DNA from: Candidatus Wolfebacteria bacterium GW2011_GWB1_47_1 | Lineage (GTDB): Bacteria > Patescibacteriota > Minisyncoccia > UBA6257 > UBA9933 | Assembly: GCA_001029635.1 (NCBI GenBank) | Contig: CP011209.1 | Location: forward strand, 414,866 to 478,865 | DNA: 64,000 bases | Direction: 5' to 3' | Part shown: in pieces, positions 19,224 to 27,636 of the stretch | How the letters are laid out: each line of letters begins with the position of its first letter | Position numbering within the stretch: the stretch's first letter is position 1 | Program-made: the position numbers and the translations under genes | The notes under the pieces: generated by a model | Database searches by the model: none | The model's input: the letters and a program-made list of their open reading frames with translations, nothing else | What the model was told of the DNA's origin: nothing

Positions 19224-19655
19224 ATGAAATTTTTCATAGCGTCACCATGGAAAAATAAAGCTCAAGTTGAACAGCTTACTGAAGAACTTGAGCGCATAGG
19301 ACATTCCGCCTATTCATTCGTCAAAAGCGGAGCAAACTTATTGACGGGTAAGCCTATCGAGGCTGAAATGAAGGAATTCAGCGATGCGCTGATGAACTGG
19401 AAGGCCGATGATCGCATCGCAAAGATTGCCGAATCGGAGGTGCAGGCATTGCGAGATGCCGATGTCGTTGTACTGCTACTCCCCGCGGGGGATTCTTCTC
19501 ATATGGAAGCGGGGATTGGATATGGGTTGGGCAAACGTATGATATTAATCGGGCCGGTCGAAAAACCCGAAATCATTTATTTGCTTTTTAACCACGTATA
19601 TCTCGACGTGAGTTCGTTTTTACGGGAATTTGCATTCCCCAATATGGATGCATAA
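19224..19655 (+). CDS. Nucleoside 2-deoxyribosyltransferase-like protein
   Basis: MKFFIASPW..DADVVVLLLPAGDSSHMEAGIGYGLGKRMILIG matches the Nuc_deoxyrib_tr-like pattern (D..D.GT..E.G.A...K.vi). It is encoded on the opposite strand between def and fmt. Confidence 0.5.
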   Translation: MKFFIASPWKNKAQVEQLTEELERIGHSAYSFVKSGANLLTGKPIEAEMKEFSDALMNWKADDRIAKIAESEVQALRDADVVVLLLPAGDSSHMEAGIGYGLGKRMILIGPVEKPEIIYLLFNHVYLDVSSFLREFAFPNMDA

Positions 19656-19686
19656 AGAAACACCGCCAACGGGCGGTGTTTCTTTA
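19655..19686. terminator. Bidirectional terminator hairpin
   Basis: aaagaaacaccgcc-aac-gggcggtgtttcttt. Confidence 0.65.
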
Positions 19687-19688
19687 TG

Positions 19689-20231
19689 TCATATTTGATC
19701 ATTGTTGGTTTCCTCGGGTTCGCTTTGGTGAAGGTTTTTTGCCTTGTCAATAAACACTACGCCGTTGAGGTGATCCACCTCATGCTGAAATATTCTTGCG
19801 AGCAATCCAATCGCTTTTACTTTGAGCGGTTTTTGATGTTTATCAAATCCAGTCAATGTCACTTCTTGCGGTCGGGTAACGATACCATAAGTTTTGGGAA
19901 CGCTGAGACACCCTTCTTCCATCGTCTGCATCTCCTTTGAAGTGCTTATGATCTTTGGGTTAAATATGGCGTATACTTTTGGCGCCCTGTTGTGTTGTGG
20001 AAGTTCCGCAACGAACAATTGCATATCAAGACCGACCTGGTTTGCGCTCAAGCCGACACCGTTTGCGCTCCGCATAATCGATCGCATATTCGCGATCAGT
20101 TCGCGTAGTTCTTTCGCGGTGTATTTTGAGAAATCAAAATCAGCCGGTCGTTTACGCAGGAATGTTTCTTCTTTCTTATTTGTTACCGTTAGGATGTGTT
20201 GGTTTTTTTCTAACATTGTTTTTTTGGGCAA
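19689..20231 (-). CDS. def: Peptide deformylase
   Basis: Motifs GVGLSANQVG, EGCLSVP and HEVDHLNG. The true start is probably the internal Met at 20216 (MLEKNQHILTV..). Confidence 0.85.
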   Translation of the reverse strand: MPKKTMLEKNQHILTVTNKKEETFLRKRPADFDFSKYTAKELRELIANMRSIMRSANGVGLSANQVGLDMQLFVAELPQHNRAPKVYAIFNPKIISTSKEMQTMEEGCLSVPKTYGIVTRPQEVTLTGFDKHQKPLKVKAIGLLARIFQHEVDHLNGVVFIDKAKNLHQSEPEETNNDQI

Positions 20232-20571
20232 CCACCTTCTTTTTTGCCGGCAACACCTTTTTCGCTCGTTGTTCCTCGGTCTTGATTGGCGCCACTTTTG
20301 GCTGTTTCGGAAGGGGAAACCGCTCGTGCAATACCTTCATGAAGTAGGCTCCCTTATTAGCGACATTACTTCGTTCCGCCGTGTCTTTTGCCAGGGAAAG
20401 AAGAAGCGATTCGTCATACTGCTTCGCCAGTTTTATATAGAGTGCCTTGTGCTTGCTGTCACATAATATTTCGGCAAGCTGAAGGCCAATGTCCTGGAAC
20501 TTTTTATATACGTGGGATACCTTTCCACGTTCCTTGAGTTTGTTGATATAGTCCGCATCGAACATTGACAA
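20176..20571 (-). CDS. Hypothetical protein with a Lys-rich C-terminal tail
   Basis: 131-aa ORF with a basic C-terminus (KKVLPAKKKVVAQKNNVRKK). It overlaps the def start by 40-55 nt. I recognise no family. Confidence 0.35.
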   Translation of the reverse strand: MSMFDADYINKLKERGKVSHVYKKFQDIGLQLAEILCDSKHKALYIKLAKQYDESLLLSLAKDTAERSNVANKGAYFMKVLHERFPLPKQPKVAPIKTEEQRAKKVLPAKKKVVAQKNNVRKKPTHPNGNK

Positions 20572-20657
20572 TAGTATATATTTGTTTTGTAAATTTGTCC
20601 ACCCCGTTGAGTAACTGATGACCTACAACCGACAACGTACAACGGAATGCACTGAAA

Positions 20658-21110
20658 ATGAATAAAAGTTTGTTTTCGGATATACTTACTACCATGTGGA
20701 TCATTTATGCGGTCTTGGCGGCGATTACTGCCGCGGGAGTCGCCATCTTCGCAAAACTTGGACTGAGACAGATCGATGTCGTACTTGCTACGACGATCCG
20801 CGCTTTAATTATGGCCGGATTTTTGGTTGTCGCCAGTTTATTCTTGAAGAAGTTCGATGGGTTTTCTCCATCGTCGTGGAGCGGGCGTGAATGGGGCTTG
20901 ATCGCCTTGGCCGGGTTGAGCGGAGCTATTTCGTGGCTTTTCTATTTTATGGCATTACGCTCGGCCGATGCGTCACGGGTTGCGGCGATTGATCGGACGA
21001 GTCTGGTGTTTGTTGCTTTGCTTGCCGCATTGTTTCTTGGTGAGCAATTAAAGATAAAGGCGATACTCGGAATTGTGTTAATGGTGATCGGAGCGGTTTT
21101 GATGGTGTGA
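20658..21110 (+). CDS. EamA-like small DMT-superfamily membrane protein
   Basis: 150 aa with four or five hydrophobic helices and an EamA-like pattern (..LALAGLSGAISWLFYFMALRSADASRVAAIDRTSLVFVALLAALFLGE..). Confidence 0.5.
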   Translation: MNKSLFSDILTTMWIIYAVLAAITAAGVAIFAKLGLRQIDVVLATTIRALIMAGFLVVASLFLKKFDGFSPSSWSGREWGLIALAGLSGAISWLFYFMALRSADASRVAAIDRTSLVFVALLAALFLGEQLKIKAILGIVLMVIGAVLMV

Positions 21111-21192
21111 ATAAACACATGTAACATTCAATAGCGCTCGTGTAGATGCCAAATAGTGCATATTGCGATGACAATATACGATAATGTTTGTA

Positions 21193-21228
21193 AAAAAAAT
21201 GCGGCCGATGGGCCGCATTGTTGTTTTC
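21193..21228 (-). terminator. Terminator hairpin (aaaaatgcggcc..ggccgcatt family)
   Basis: aaaaaaaatgcggccgatgggccgcattgttgtttt. A near-identical hairpin occurs at 21744-21775. Confidence 0.55.
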
Positions 21229-21256
21229 TAAGAGGAGTTGTTTGTCGGTGTAGCGG

Positions 21257-21670
21257 TCAGTGTCCCTGCAGGACGAGATCCAACCAGCGTGTATCCTCTA
21301 TTCGCTGTGCGTCGAAGGTTTCGGCCCGTTCGTGCCAGACCGGTGTTATAGAAAATGCATGGTTATGTATGCCGTAGAGCTGCGCGAGTCTGTTCGTGTC
21401 CGGGATGATCTCCAGAAGTTTGTGCCTGTATTCTTGGCGGAGCGGGGAGTGCATCACGATCTGCTGTATCAGAATCGCCTGTACTACCGGATCTTTTGTT
21501 CGGTATGCCATGTATATCAGGCTGCCGGTCGCCGTCTTTGTACCGATGATCACGACGCTTTTTACGGTTACCTCGATGCGATCAACTTGCAATTCTCCAA
21601 TGGCTCTTTGAACGGCCTCAAGCCGCTTGGTGGTGGCCTGGTCGAGTGCCTTTTCCAATGCCTTGTTCAT
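21257..21670 (-). CDS. Hypothetical protein
   Basis: 137-aa ORF in coding-dense context, flanked by terminator hairpins on both sides. I recognise no family. Confidence 0.35.
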   Translation of the reverse strand: MNKALEKALDQATTKRLEAVQRAIGELQVDRIEVTVKSVVIIGTKTATGSLIYMAYRTKDPVVQAILIQQIVMHSPLRQEYRHKLLEIIPDTNRLAQLYGIHNHAFSITPVWHERAETFDAQRIEDTRWLDLVLQGH

Positions 21671-21743
21671 CCTTTACTCCTCTCTTGCTTATGATTTGTA
21701 CTAGGTGAATATAACCATAGATATAATTTTATGTAAAGGGTAA

Positions 21744-21775
21744 AAAAATGCGGCCACGGGGGCCGCATTTGTGCG
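21744..21775 (-). terminator. Terminator hairpin (second copy of the aaaaatgcggcc..ggccgcatt family)
   Basis: aaaaaaatgcggccacgggggccgcatttgtg. Confidence 0.55.
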
Positions 21776-21777
21776 GT

Positions 21778-22287
21778 TTATGCGTTTGCACAGGCGCAGT
21801 CTTCGCCGCAGGCGCCGCGAGTCTTTTCGACCGCCTCGACGATCGCCCAGATGAGCGGCTGGATGCTTATGAGGCCGGGGTCTATGGTGCCGAGTTCAGC
21901 GAGCGTTTCTACCTGGGCTTCTGGGTCCAGTCTTTGTTCGAGCAGCTCCTTGTAGTCGTTTCGATACGGTGATATCAGGAGCATAATCGCCAGTGTCTCG
22001 TCGTCGATCTCGACGCAAAGCTCTGCGAGTGTTTCGGCCGCCGCCTTGGTGCCGAGGAACGAGAGCTACTCAGCTGCGAGTGATACACACGGTTCTTCTT
22101 GCGTACGGATGATCGCAGCCAGTATTGCTATGCGCTCGCCAACGATCCGGTCGATGATCTCTTGCAATCGGGGACTTACCACGGGGTACCTCCTTTGGTT
22201 TGGTGAGTTGCTTGTATCGGTATAGCACTGTGGGCTAAAAATGTAAAGACCGCCAACCCTAGGGTTGGCGGTCTTTGTGATGATCAT
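21778..22287 (-). pseudogene. Small Cys-rich protein gene interrupted by one in-frame TAG
   Basis: ORFs 22066..22287 and 21778..21984 share one frame, separated only by a TAG (plus-strand cta at 22066-22068): ..EEPCVSLAAE*LSFLGTKAAAETLAELCVEIDDETLAIMLL..GACGEDCACANA. Confidence 0.4.
22244..22280 (-). terminator. Terminator hairpin downstream of the GT39 gene
   Basis: aaagaccgccaaccctagggttggcggtcttt. Confidence 0.55.
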
Positions 22288-24047
22288 TCGATAATGAAGA
22301 TACGTGCTCCGGGGGGAATGTCGGTTTCCTGTTCCGGGAGAACATAATAAATGTTTTTTTCCTTGCGTTTTTCGGACGTGAATGAGTCGGTGAGATACAT
22401 GACCGTTTGCGCCGGCATTGGAATGCCTCGCACGTCCGTCCCTCCCGTAGTTACAAGAATGTATTTAGGGGTTTCGTTTGGTATTAGCGCAATCTCTCTT
22501 CCTAGGTCGGTATAGTTTTGCGCGAACGCGCCGAATGTGTTTGGATCTTTGCTCCACCGTACGAAGTACATGAAGTACGCTTCGGTTGGTAGGAGGACGA
22601 GGAGGATGACAATGAAGACCTTAAGAATCATTTCCTTTATGTGCGACCAGGTCGACTCCGCATCTGCCCCCCGCGCGAACGCGACCAAGCGCTCATGGAT
22701 CCAGATGCCTCCCGCTCCCGCAAGAATAAATACAGGAGGGATCATAAGGATCGCGCGCAATGCGTGAGGGATGCCTTCCGCGGAGATGACCACCGGAAGC
22801 ATTGCGACCAGGAACCAGAGAAAGGGGACAACGAGCGCGAGTGGCGATGGTTGTTCGATCGATTGGGTATTTTGATTAACATTCTGTCCGATAGGTTGTT
22901 CCCCCAATGCTTTTTTTATAAGTCTGATAGCTAATGAGGCTGTGGCGCGGATCGCCGCAAGAAACCCTATCAGGAACATGATGCCTGCCGGCCAGAAGAG
23001 TTGTGCCCGTCCCGCGACATTGTGTCGCCAATTCATATCACCCTGCACGTAGAACATACCTAGTGTCTTTCCGGTATTAAGTACCAGTTCGTAGATCGGA
23101 TGCTCCGTACTAAATACCGATATCTGACTCGTACGCCCAAAGAAATCTTGTGGGTTTGCGGCAAAATATACCATGAGCGGGAGGAGTGCCAATGCCGCCA
23201 TGGCCGCGAAGATCACAAAGGCGTGGCGCAATTCCCTGCGCGTGTCATGTTTGACGACATACCAATACGCAAACATGACGAGTGGTATGAGTGGCATGAT
23301 GCGGTACGCAATGTAGCTATTGAACCCGAGCCCAAAGATGAAGCCCGCTGCTCCCGCAAAGAGAAGCGTATACAGATTCAACCCCCAATAGGTCTTTTCT
23401 TTCGGTATGGCAAACACGGATGGAGCGCCCAGTTCCAATGTTGTACTTGACGCCGCTTGGCGGTCTTTAAACGCGCTGAGCGTCCGTGTCATAACCAATA
23501 GGAAATATGTTCCCCAGGTCATGAAGAAGGGGGCCATGATTGCACGAAATCCGATACGTGAAAAAATAATATGCCAAAGTGACGTCGCAGCTAAAAATGC
23601 CGCGAGGAGTGCTATTTTTTCGTGCCGCTTAAGTTTCGTGTCGAATATCTCTTCCGCATGCGAACCTTTCTCGGGAAGGAAAAGTTCGCGGGTAAGAAAA
23701 TAAATACCCAAGACCGTTAAAATCCCGAAGATGGCACTGACGCTGCGCAATGCCCATGGCTCATTACCGAACATGCCGACTGAAAGCGCCTGCAGGTTTA
23801 TGAAGAAACCTTCGCGGCCATTGTTCTCCGGATAGAAAACCTTAAATTGTCCGGTTGCGAGTGCTTCGAGTGCGTTGTTGCCATTCATTGCCTCGTCGGG
23901 ATAGAGCCCCGGAGGGGCATCACTGATGTTGTAGAGCCTCATGAAAGAAGCTATAATGACGATAGTAAATAGAAGCAGCGTTGCGAATCGTTTTGGGTTT
24001 TGTACTAATTGTATGAGGGTTGCCATATTGCTTCCATTATACTCCAC
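22284..24047 (-). CDS. GT39/GT83-type (ArnT/PMT-like) membrane glycosyltransferase
   Basis: 587-aa polytopic protein. N-terminal region ..LYNISDAPPGLYPDEAMNGNNALEALATGQFKVFYPENNGREGFFINLQALSV.. is typical of the dolichyl/undecaprenyl-phosphate sugar transferase family. Confidence 0.8.
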   Translation of the reverse strand: MEYNGSNMATLIQLVQNPKRFATLLLFTIVIIASFMRLYNISDAPPGLYPDEAMNGNNALEALATGQFKVFYPENNGREGFFINLQALSVGMFGNEPWALRSVSAIFGILTVLGIYFLTRELFLPEKGSHAEEIFDTKLKRHEKIALLAAFLAATSLWHIIFSRIGFRAIMAPFFMTWGTYFLLVMTRTLSAFKDRQAASSTTLELGAPSVFAIPKEKTYWGLNLYTLLFAGAAGFIFGLGFNSYIAYRIMPLIPLVMFAYWYVVKHDTRRELRHAFVIFAAMAALALLPLMVYFAANPQDFFGRTSQISVFSTEHPIYELVLNTGKTLGMFYVQGDMNWRHNVAGRAQLFWPAGIMFLIGFLAAIRATASLAIRLIKKALGEQPIGQNVNQNTQSIEQPSPLALVVPFLWFLVAMLPVVISAEGIPHALRAILMIPPVFILAGAGGIWIHERLVAFARGADAESTWSHIKEMILKVFIVILLVLLPTEAYFMYFVRWSKDPNTFGAFAQNYTDLGREIALIPNETPKYILVTTGGTDVRGIPMPAQTVMYLTDSFTSEKRKEKNIYYVLPEQETDIPPGARIFIIE

Positions 24048-24090
24048 TTGCGCAACGTAAGTCGATATTCAAATTATTTTTTTTCTCTCC

Positions 24091-24531
24091 ATGGCAGAAG
24101 AAACAACAAATCAAGTTTCTGTTTCCGCGGAACAGGTTGTTGCTACGATGCATGCGCATCCGCTGGCATATCTCGTTTACTATTTGGGTGGAGTATTTAT
24201 TTTTATTGTTTCTTACTGGTACGGGTATCTTTATACGGCCGTCGGTCTCCTTGTTTTGCTCGTGAGCGAAGTGCTTCGTCGGGCGGATACGTTCTCTATT
24301 CTCGAAGACGGTGTGTCGCGTAATTTTTCCCTATTTTCCACAAAACGTGTTTTTACCGGATATGATAAGATCCAGACCGTCACCGTCATACAAAGCGCAC
24401 TGGATAGGATCTTGGGAGTTGGCACTGTCGTTCTTATCACTGCGGGACTCGAAGAGGGGACGATACAGTTTGCAGGAGTGATGAAGCCGTATGAGATAGC
24501 TAAGATGATCCAAGATAGGTTGTCCGCTTGA
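24091..24531 (+). CDS. Membrane-flanked bacterial PH-domain protein (YdbS/DUF304-like)
   Basis: Two TM helices (YLVYYLGGVFIFIVSYWYGYLYTAVGLLVLLV) followed by a bPH_2-like beta-rich domain. Confidence 0.5.
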   Translation: MAEETTNQVSVSAEQVVATMHAHPLAYLVYYLGGVFIFIVSYWYGYLYTAVGLLVLLVSEVLRRADTFSILEDGVSRNFSLFSTKRVFTGYDKIQTVTVIQSALDRILGVGTVVLITAGLEEGTIQFAGVMKPYEIAKMIQDRLSA

Positions 24532-24547
24532 GACGGCTTCTCGTTTG

Positions 24548-24648
24548 ACGAATTGCTTCGTTGCGGGTCCCCGGCGCTGCGGGCGTCGTACCGGTAAGTA
24601 CGCCTTCCTTGCGCCGCTCCCGCGCCTTGCACTTCATTCAAACGAGTG
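24548..24648 (+). repeat. Copy A of a roughly 100-nt structured intergenic element (candidate cis-regulatory RNA)
   Basis: gcttcgTTGCGGGtcc..cgtac-cggtaa-gtacg..ctCCCGCGCCttgca. About 70% identity to copies B, C and D, with compensatory changes in both helices. Confidence 0.6.
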
Positions 24649-24686
24649 CGCCTTAGACAGATCGAATAGTGAAGAAAATATGAACC

Positions 24687-25082
24687 ATGGAAGAACAATT
24701 AGAACAACAGAACAAGATAGAGGCTGACCTGCATCGTGTCGGGCAGGAGGTTCGCGAACAGGTTGGAGGAGTTGTCACACCGGAAGCTACAGAGCGTGCG
24801 TTGGTGCGTCAATCTTTGCAGCCCATGATCACCGCCCCATCAACTCAGACCCCGCAACGGGGGCGTGCGGCAACTGATGACGCAATGCTTCCTACCTATA
24901 TGAAGGATGTTACGGTCGATATTAAAGATCGCGTCGAGCGTCTTGTTGAAGATGCCTTTGCGCATGGCGTAGAGCATGCAGCGGAAGAAGCTCAGAAATC
25001 AGGCCCGTTCGTTGTGGACGCATTGCATGATGCGTTGTCAGATAGGTTCTATGAAGAATTAAAAAAGCGCAATCTCGTTTGA
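24687..25082 (+). CDS. Hypothetical protein
   Basis: 131-aa ORF between repeat copies A and B. Acidic/coiled-coil N-terminus. I recognise no family. Confidence 0.4.
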   Translation: MEEQLEQQNKIEADLHRVGQEVREQVGGVVTPEATERALVRQSLQPMITAPSTQTPQRGRAATDDAMLPTYMKDVTVDIKDRVERLVEDAFAHGVEHAAEEAQKSGPFVVDALHDALSDRFYEELKKRNLV

Positions 25083-25097
25083 TAATGTGCCAGATCG

Positions 25098-25198
25098 ACG
25101 AGTCGCTTTGTTGCGGGCCCCTGCCGGCTCGGTCGCCGTACTGGTAGTACGGCTTTCTCACCGTCTTTCCCGCGCCTCGCATCTCATTCGATCGGACT
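25098..25198 (+). repeat. Copy B of the structured intergenic element
   Basis: gctttgTTGCGGGccc..gccgtac-tggta-gtacggc..ttCCCGCGCCtcgca. It lies 41 nt upstream of the ATPase gene start. Confidence 0.6.
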
Positions 25199-25238
25199 CA
25201 TTATCATTTGGTTCTTAAATTATATTAACGAGTTAATT

Positions 25239-27617
25239 ATGCCTACCACCCTTATCGCTATCGCTGTTGTTTTATTCATCGTGGCCGCTATTTTTTTGTT
25301 TTTTGTGCGTCGTCGCGCAAACCGGATTCGTATGCGACAGGCGTTTGACTTGCATCTTCTATTGATCCGATTCCCGCGTCTTGCGCGGGCAGATGAAGCG
25401 CGAAAGGATTTTAAGGATGAAATCAATCTTTCGGCACAGCTATACAGCATCTTACTTGGATTGAAGACACCCTTTGCGCTAGAGTCTGCCGTCCACAACA
25501 TCGGAGAAGAGATCCATTTTTATATTGGTGTCCCGAAGGATATGACTGCTGCCGTCAGCAGGCAGGTCGAGGGAGTTTTTAAGGATGTGCAGGTTGAACC
25601 GATCGATGATTACAATATCTTTAATGCGACAGGAGTGAGTGTCGGTGCGTACGTGAAGCAACATTATCCGTATGCGCTTCCTATTAGAACATATCAAGAG
25701 GCAAACGTTGATACGTTTTCCCCCATTTTGAGCGGGTTTTCAAAGGTGAGCGAGATCGGTGAGGGCGTTGCATTGCAGGTATTGGTCCGCCCCGCTCCCG
25801 AGAGCGCAAAGAAACACGTCTTTTCCATACTTGGACAATTGAAGCAGGGTGCAAAATTCGAAGACGTCATGCGTGGCGCCGGCATCACGCTTAAGGATAT
25901 GCAAAAGGCGTTTATCGGAGACGTTGGTCCGACTGTCAATCCGCAGGTACTCGAGCAACCAAAGCAGGTTAATGATGAGGCGGTAAAGGCGCTTGAGGCA
26001 AAGATCGCAAAGCCTCTTGTTTTTGCGAATGTGCGATTGATCGCTTCTGCTACTAATCAGATGCAGGCTGATGATCTACTGAACGGAATAGCGCATGGAT
26101 TCGCGCAATTTTCCGCTCCATTTCGACAGGAACTCCGCATTAACAAGCCTAGGAATCTGCAACGCTTTTTACGGCAGTATTCGTTCCGTGAATTTGATGA
26201 TGACCAGTCCATTTGTCTGAATACCGAAGAGGCCGCGAGCTTATTTCATATGCCGACAACATCGCTTGAGGTGCCACGGTTAAAGATGCTGGATTCCAGA
26301 GAATCTGCGCCTCCCGATCAGTTGCCGACCGAAGGTACTCTAATCGGCGAAAGTTTGTTCCGTGGCGATCGCAAGAAGATCTATCTGACGCCACAGGATC
26401 GTGTGAGACACACATACGTGATCGGACAGACGGGTACCGGTAAGTCTACGTTGCTTGTGCAAATGGCACTTGAAGATATCAAACAAGGAAAGGGTGTGTG
26501 CATCATCGATCCTCATGGCGAATTAGTGGATAAGATTCTAAGCCTTATACCCGAGCATCGCTATGAAGACGTCATTGTGTTTGATCCGGCTGATCTTACC
26601 GCGCCAATGGGCATGAACATGCTTGAATATGACTTGACGAAGCCGGAAGAAAAGACGTTTATCGTAGGGGAGCTGTATAACATCATGGACAAGCTTTATG
26701 ATATGAAGACCGCGGGCGGTCCGATGTTCGAGCTGTACTTCAAGAATGCAATCTTGCTGCTCATGGAGGATGCGCGCAATGAGCCGGCCACGTTGATGGA
26801 AATCGGACGTATCTTTACCGATGACGCCTTCCGTGAGCGCAAGCTTGCGCGGATTTATAACCCAACTGTCATTGACTTCTGGGAAAAGGAAGCTTCAAAG
26901 TCTACTGGTGAACATTCACTGGCAAACATGACCACATATATCACTTCGAAATTAAACGCATTCACCGCGAATGATTTCATTCGTCCGATCATCGGACAGC
27001 CGCAATCGGCGTTCAACTTCCGACACGTGATGGATGAGCAAAAAATTCTCCTCGTCAGCCTTTCAAAGGGTCGCATCGGAGATCTTAATATGGGGTTGCT
27101 TGGTATGGTCATTGTCGGCAAGATCTTGATGGCAGCACTCTCACGCACCGATATTCCCGAATCTGAGCGCAAGATGTTTAATTTGTATTTGGACGAGTTT
27201 CAAAATTTTTCGACCGATGCCATTAATACCATCTTTTCTGAGGCACGCAAATACGGCTTGAGTCTGACGGTTGCGCATCAATTTGTTGCTCAATTACCTG
27301 ATAAGATCAAAAGCTCGGTATTCGGCAATGTCGGATCGAAGGTTATCATGCGTGTCGGTATTGAAGATGCTGAAGTATTTGAAAAGGATCTTGCGCCGAC
27401 TTTCACCAAGAATGATCTTGTGAATCTGAAGGCAGGGCAGGCTTATGCAAAGTTGCTTCTTAACGGCCAGGTTGCGCGACCCTTTAATATGCAGACGTAC
27501 AACGTCGCATGGGGCGAACGAACGTTAGTCGAGAAGCTGCGTGAACTGTCTCGTTTGAAGTTTGGGCGTGATCGGCAGGAGGTGGAGGAAGATATATTGC
27601 GGAGATTAAGAAATTAA
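25239..27617 (+). CDS. TraD/VirD4-type (TrwB-like) coupling-protein ATPase with an N-terminal TM anchor
   Basis: N-terminal TM helix. Walker A HTYVIGQTGTGKSTLLV ..GKGVCIIDPHGE. Walker B NLYLDEFQNF. The overall H.L..G.TG.GKS...DP.GE pattern matches type IV secretion DNA-transfer ATPases. Confidence 0.55.
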   Translation: MPTTLIAIAVVLFIVAAIFLFFVRRRANRIRMRQAFDLHLLLIRFPRLARADEARKDFKDEINLSAQLYSILLGLKTPFALESAVHNIGEEIHFYIGVPKDMTAAVSRQVEGVFKDVQVEPIDDYNIFNATGVSVGAYVKQHYPYALPIRTYQEANVDTFSPILSGFSKVSEIGEGVALQVLVRPAPESAKKHVFSILGQLKQGAKFEDVMRGAGITLKDMQKAFIGDVGPTVNPQVLEQPKQVNDEAVKALEAKIAKPLVFANVRLIASATNQMQADDLLNGIAHGFAQFSAPFRQELRINKPRNLQRFLRQYSFREFDDDQSICLNTEEAASLFHMPTTSLEVPRLKMLDSRESAPPDQLPTEGTLIGESLFRGDRKKIYLTPQDRVRHTYVIGQTGTGKSTLLVQMALEDIKQGKGVCIIDPHGELVDKILSLIPEHRYEDVIVFDPADLTAPMGMNMLEYDLTKPEEKTFIVGELYNIMDKLYDMKTAGGPMFELYFKNAILLLMEDARNEPATLMEIGRIFTDDAFRERKLARIYNPTVIDFWEKEASKSTGEHSLANMTTYITSKLNAFTANDFIRPIIGQPQSAFNFRHVMDEQKILLVSLSKGRIGDLNMGLLGMVIVGKILMAALSRTDIPESERKMFNLYLDEFQNFSTDAINTIFSEARKYGLSLTVAHQFVAQLPDKIKSSVFGNVGSKVIMRVGIEDAEVFEKDLAPTFTKNDLVNLKAGQAYAKLLLNGQVARPFNMQTYNVAWGERTLVEKLRELSRLKFGRDRQEVEEDILRRLRN

Positions 27618-27636
27618 ACAATTGGCTTATTGCGCA

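Noticed and set aside
20176-20231. The 40-55 nt overlap between the hypothetical gene 20176..20571 and def as evidence of a frameshift or fusion
   Set aside because: The two are in different frames with distinct stop and start codons. The overlap falls to about 40 nt using the internal def start, which is plausible in a compact genome.
2358-22068. Genome-wide amber (TAG) codon reassignment
   Set aside because: gyrB (stop at 55656-55658), ORF 153..1349 and the small leuS-coupled ORF all end with TAG at positions consistent with homologues, so TAG functions as a stop. The in-frame TAGs are better explained as pseudogenisation; the FIST gene also has a frameshift and has lost its 5' end.
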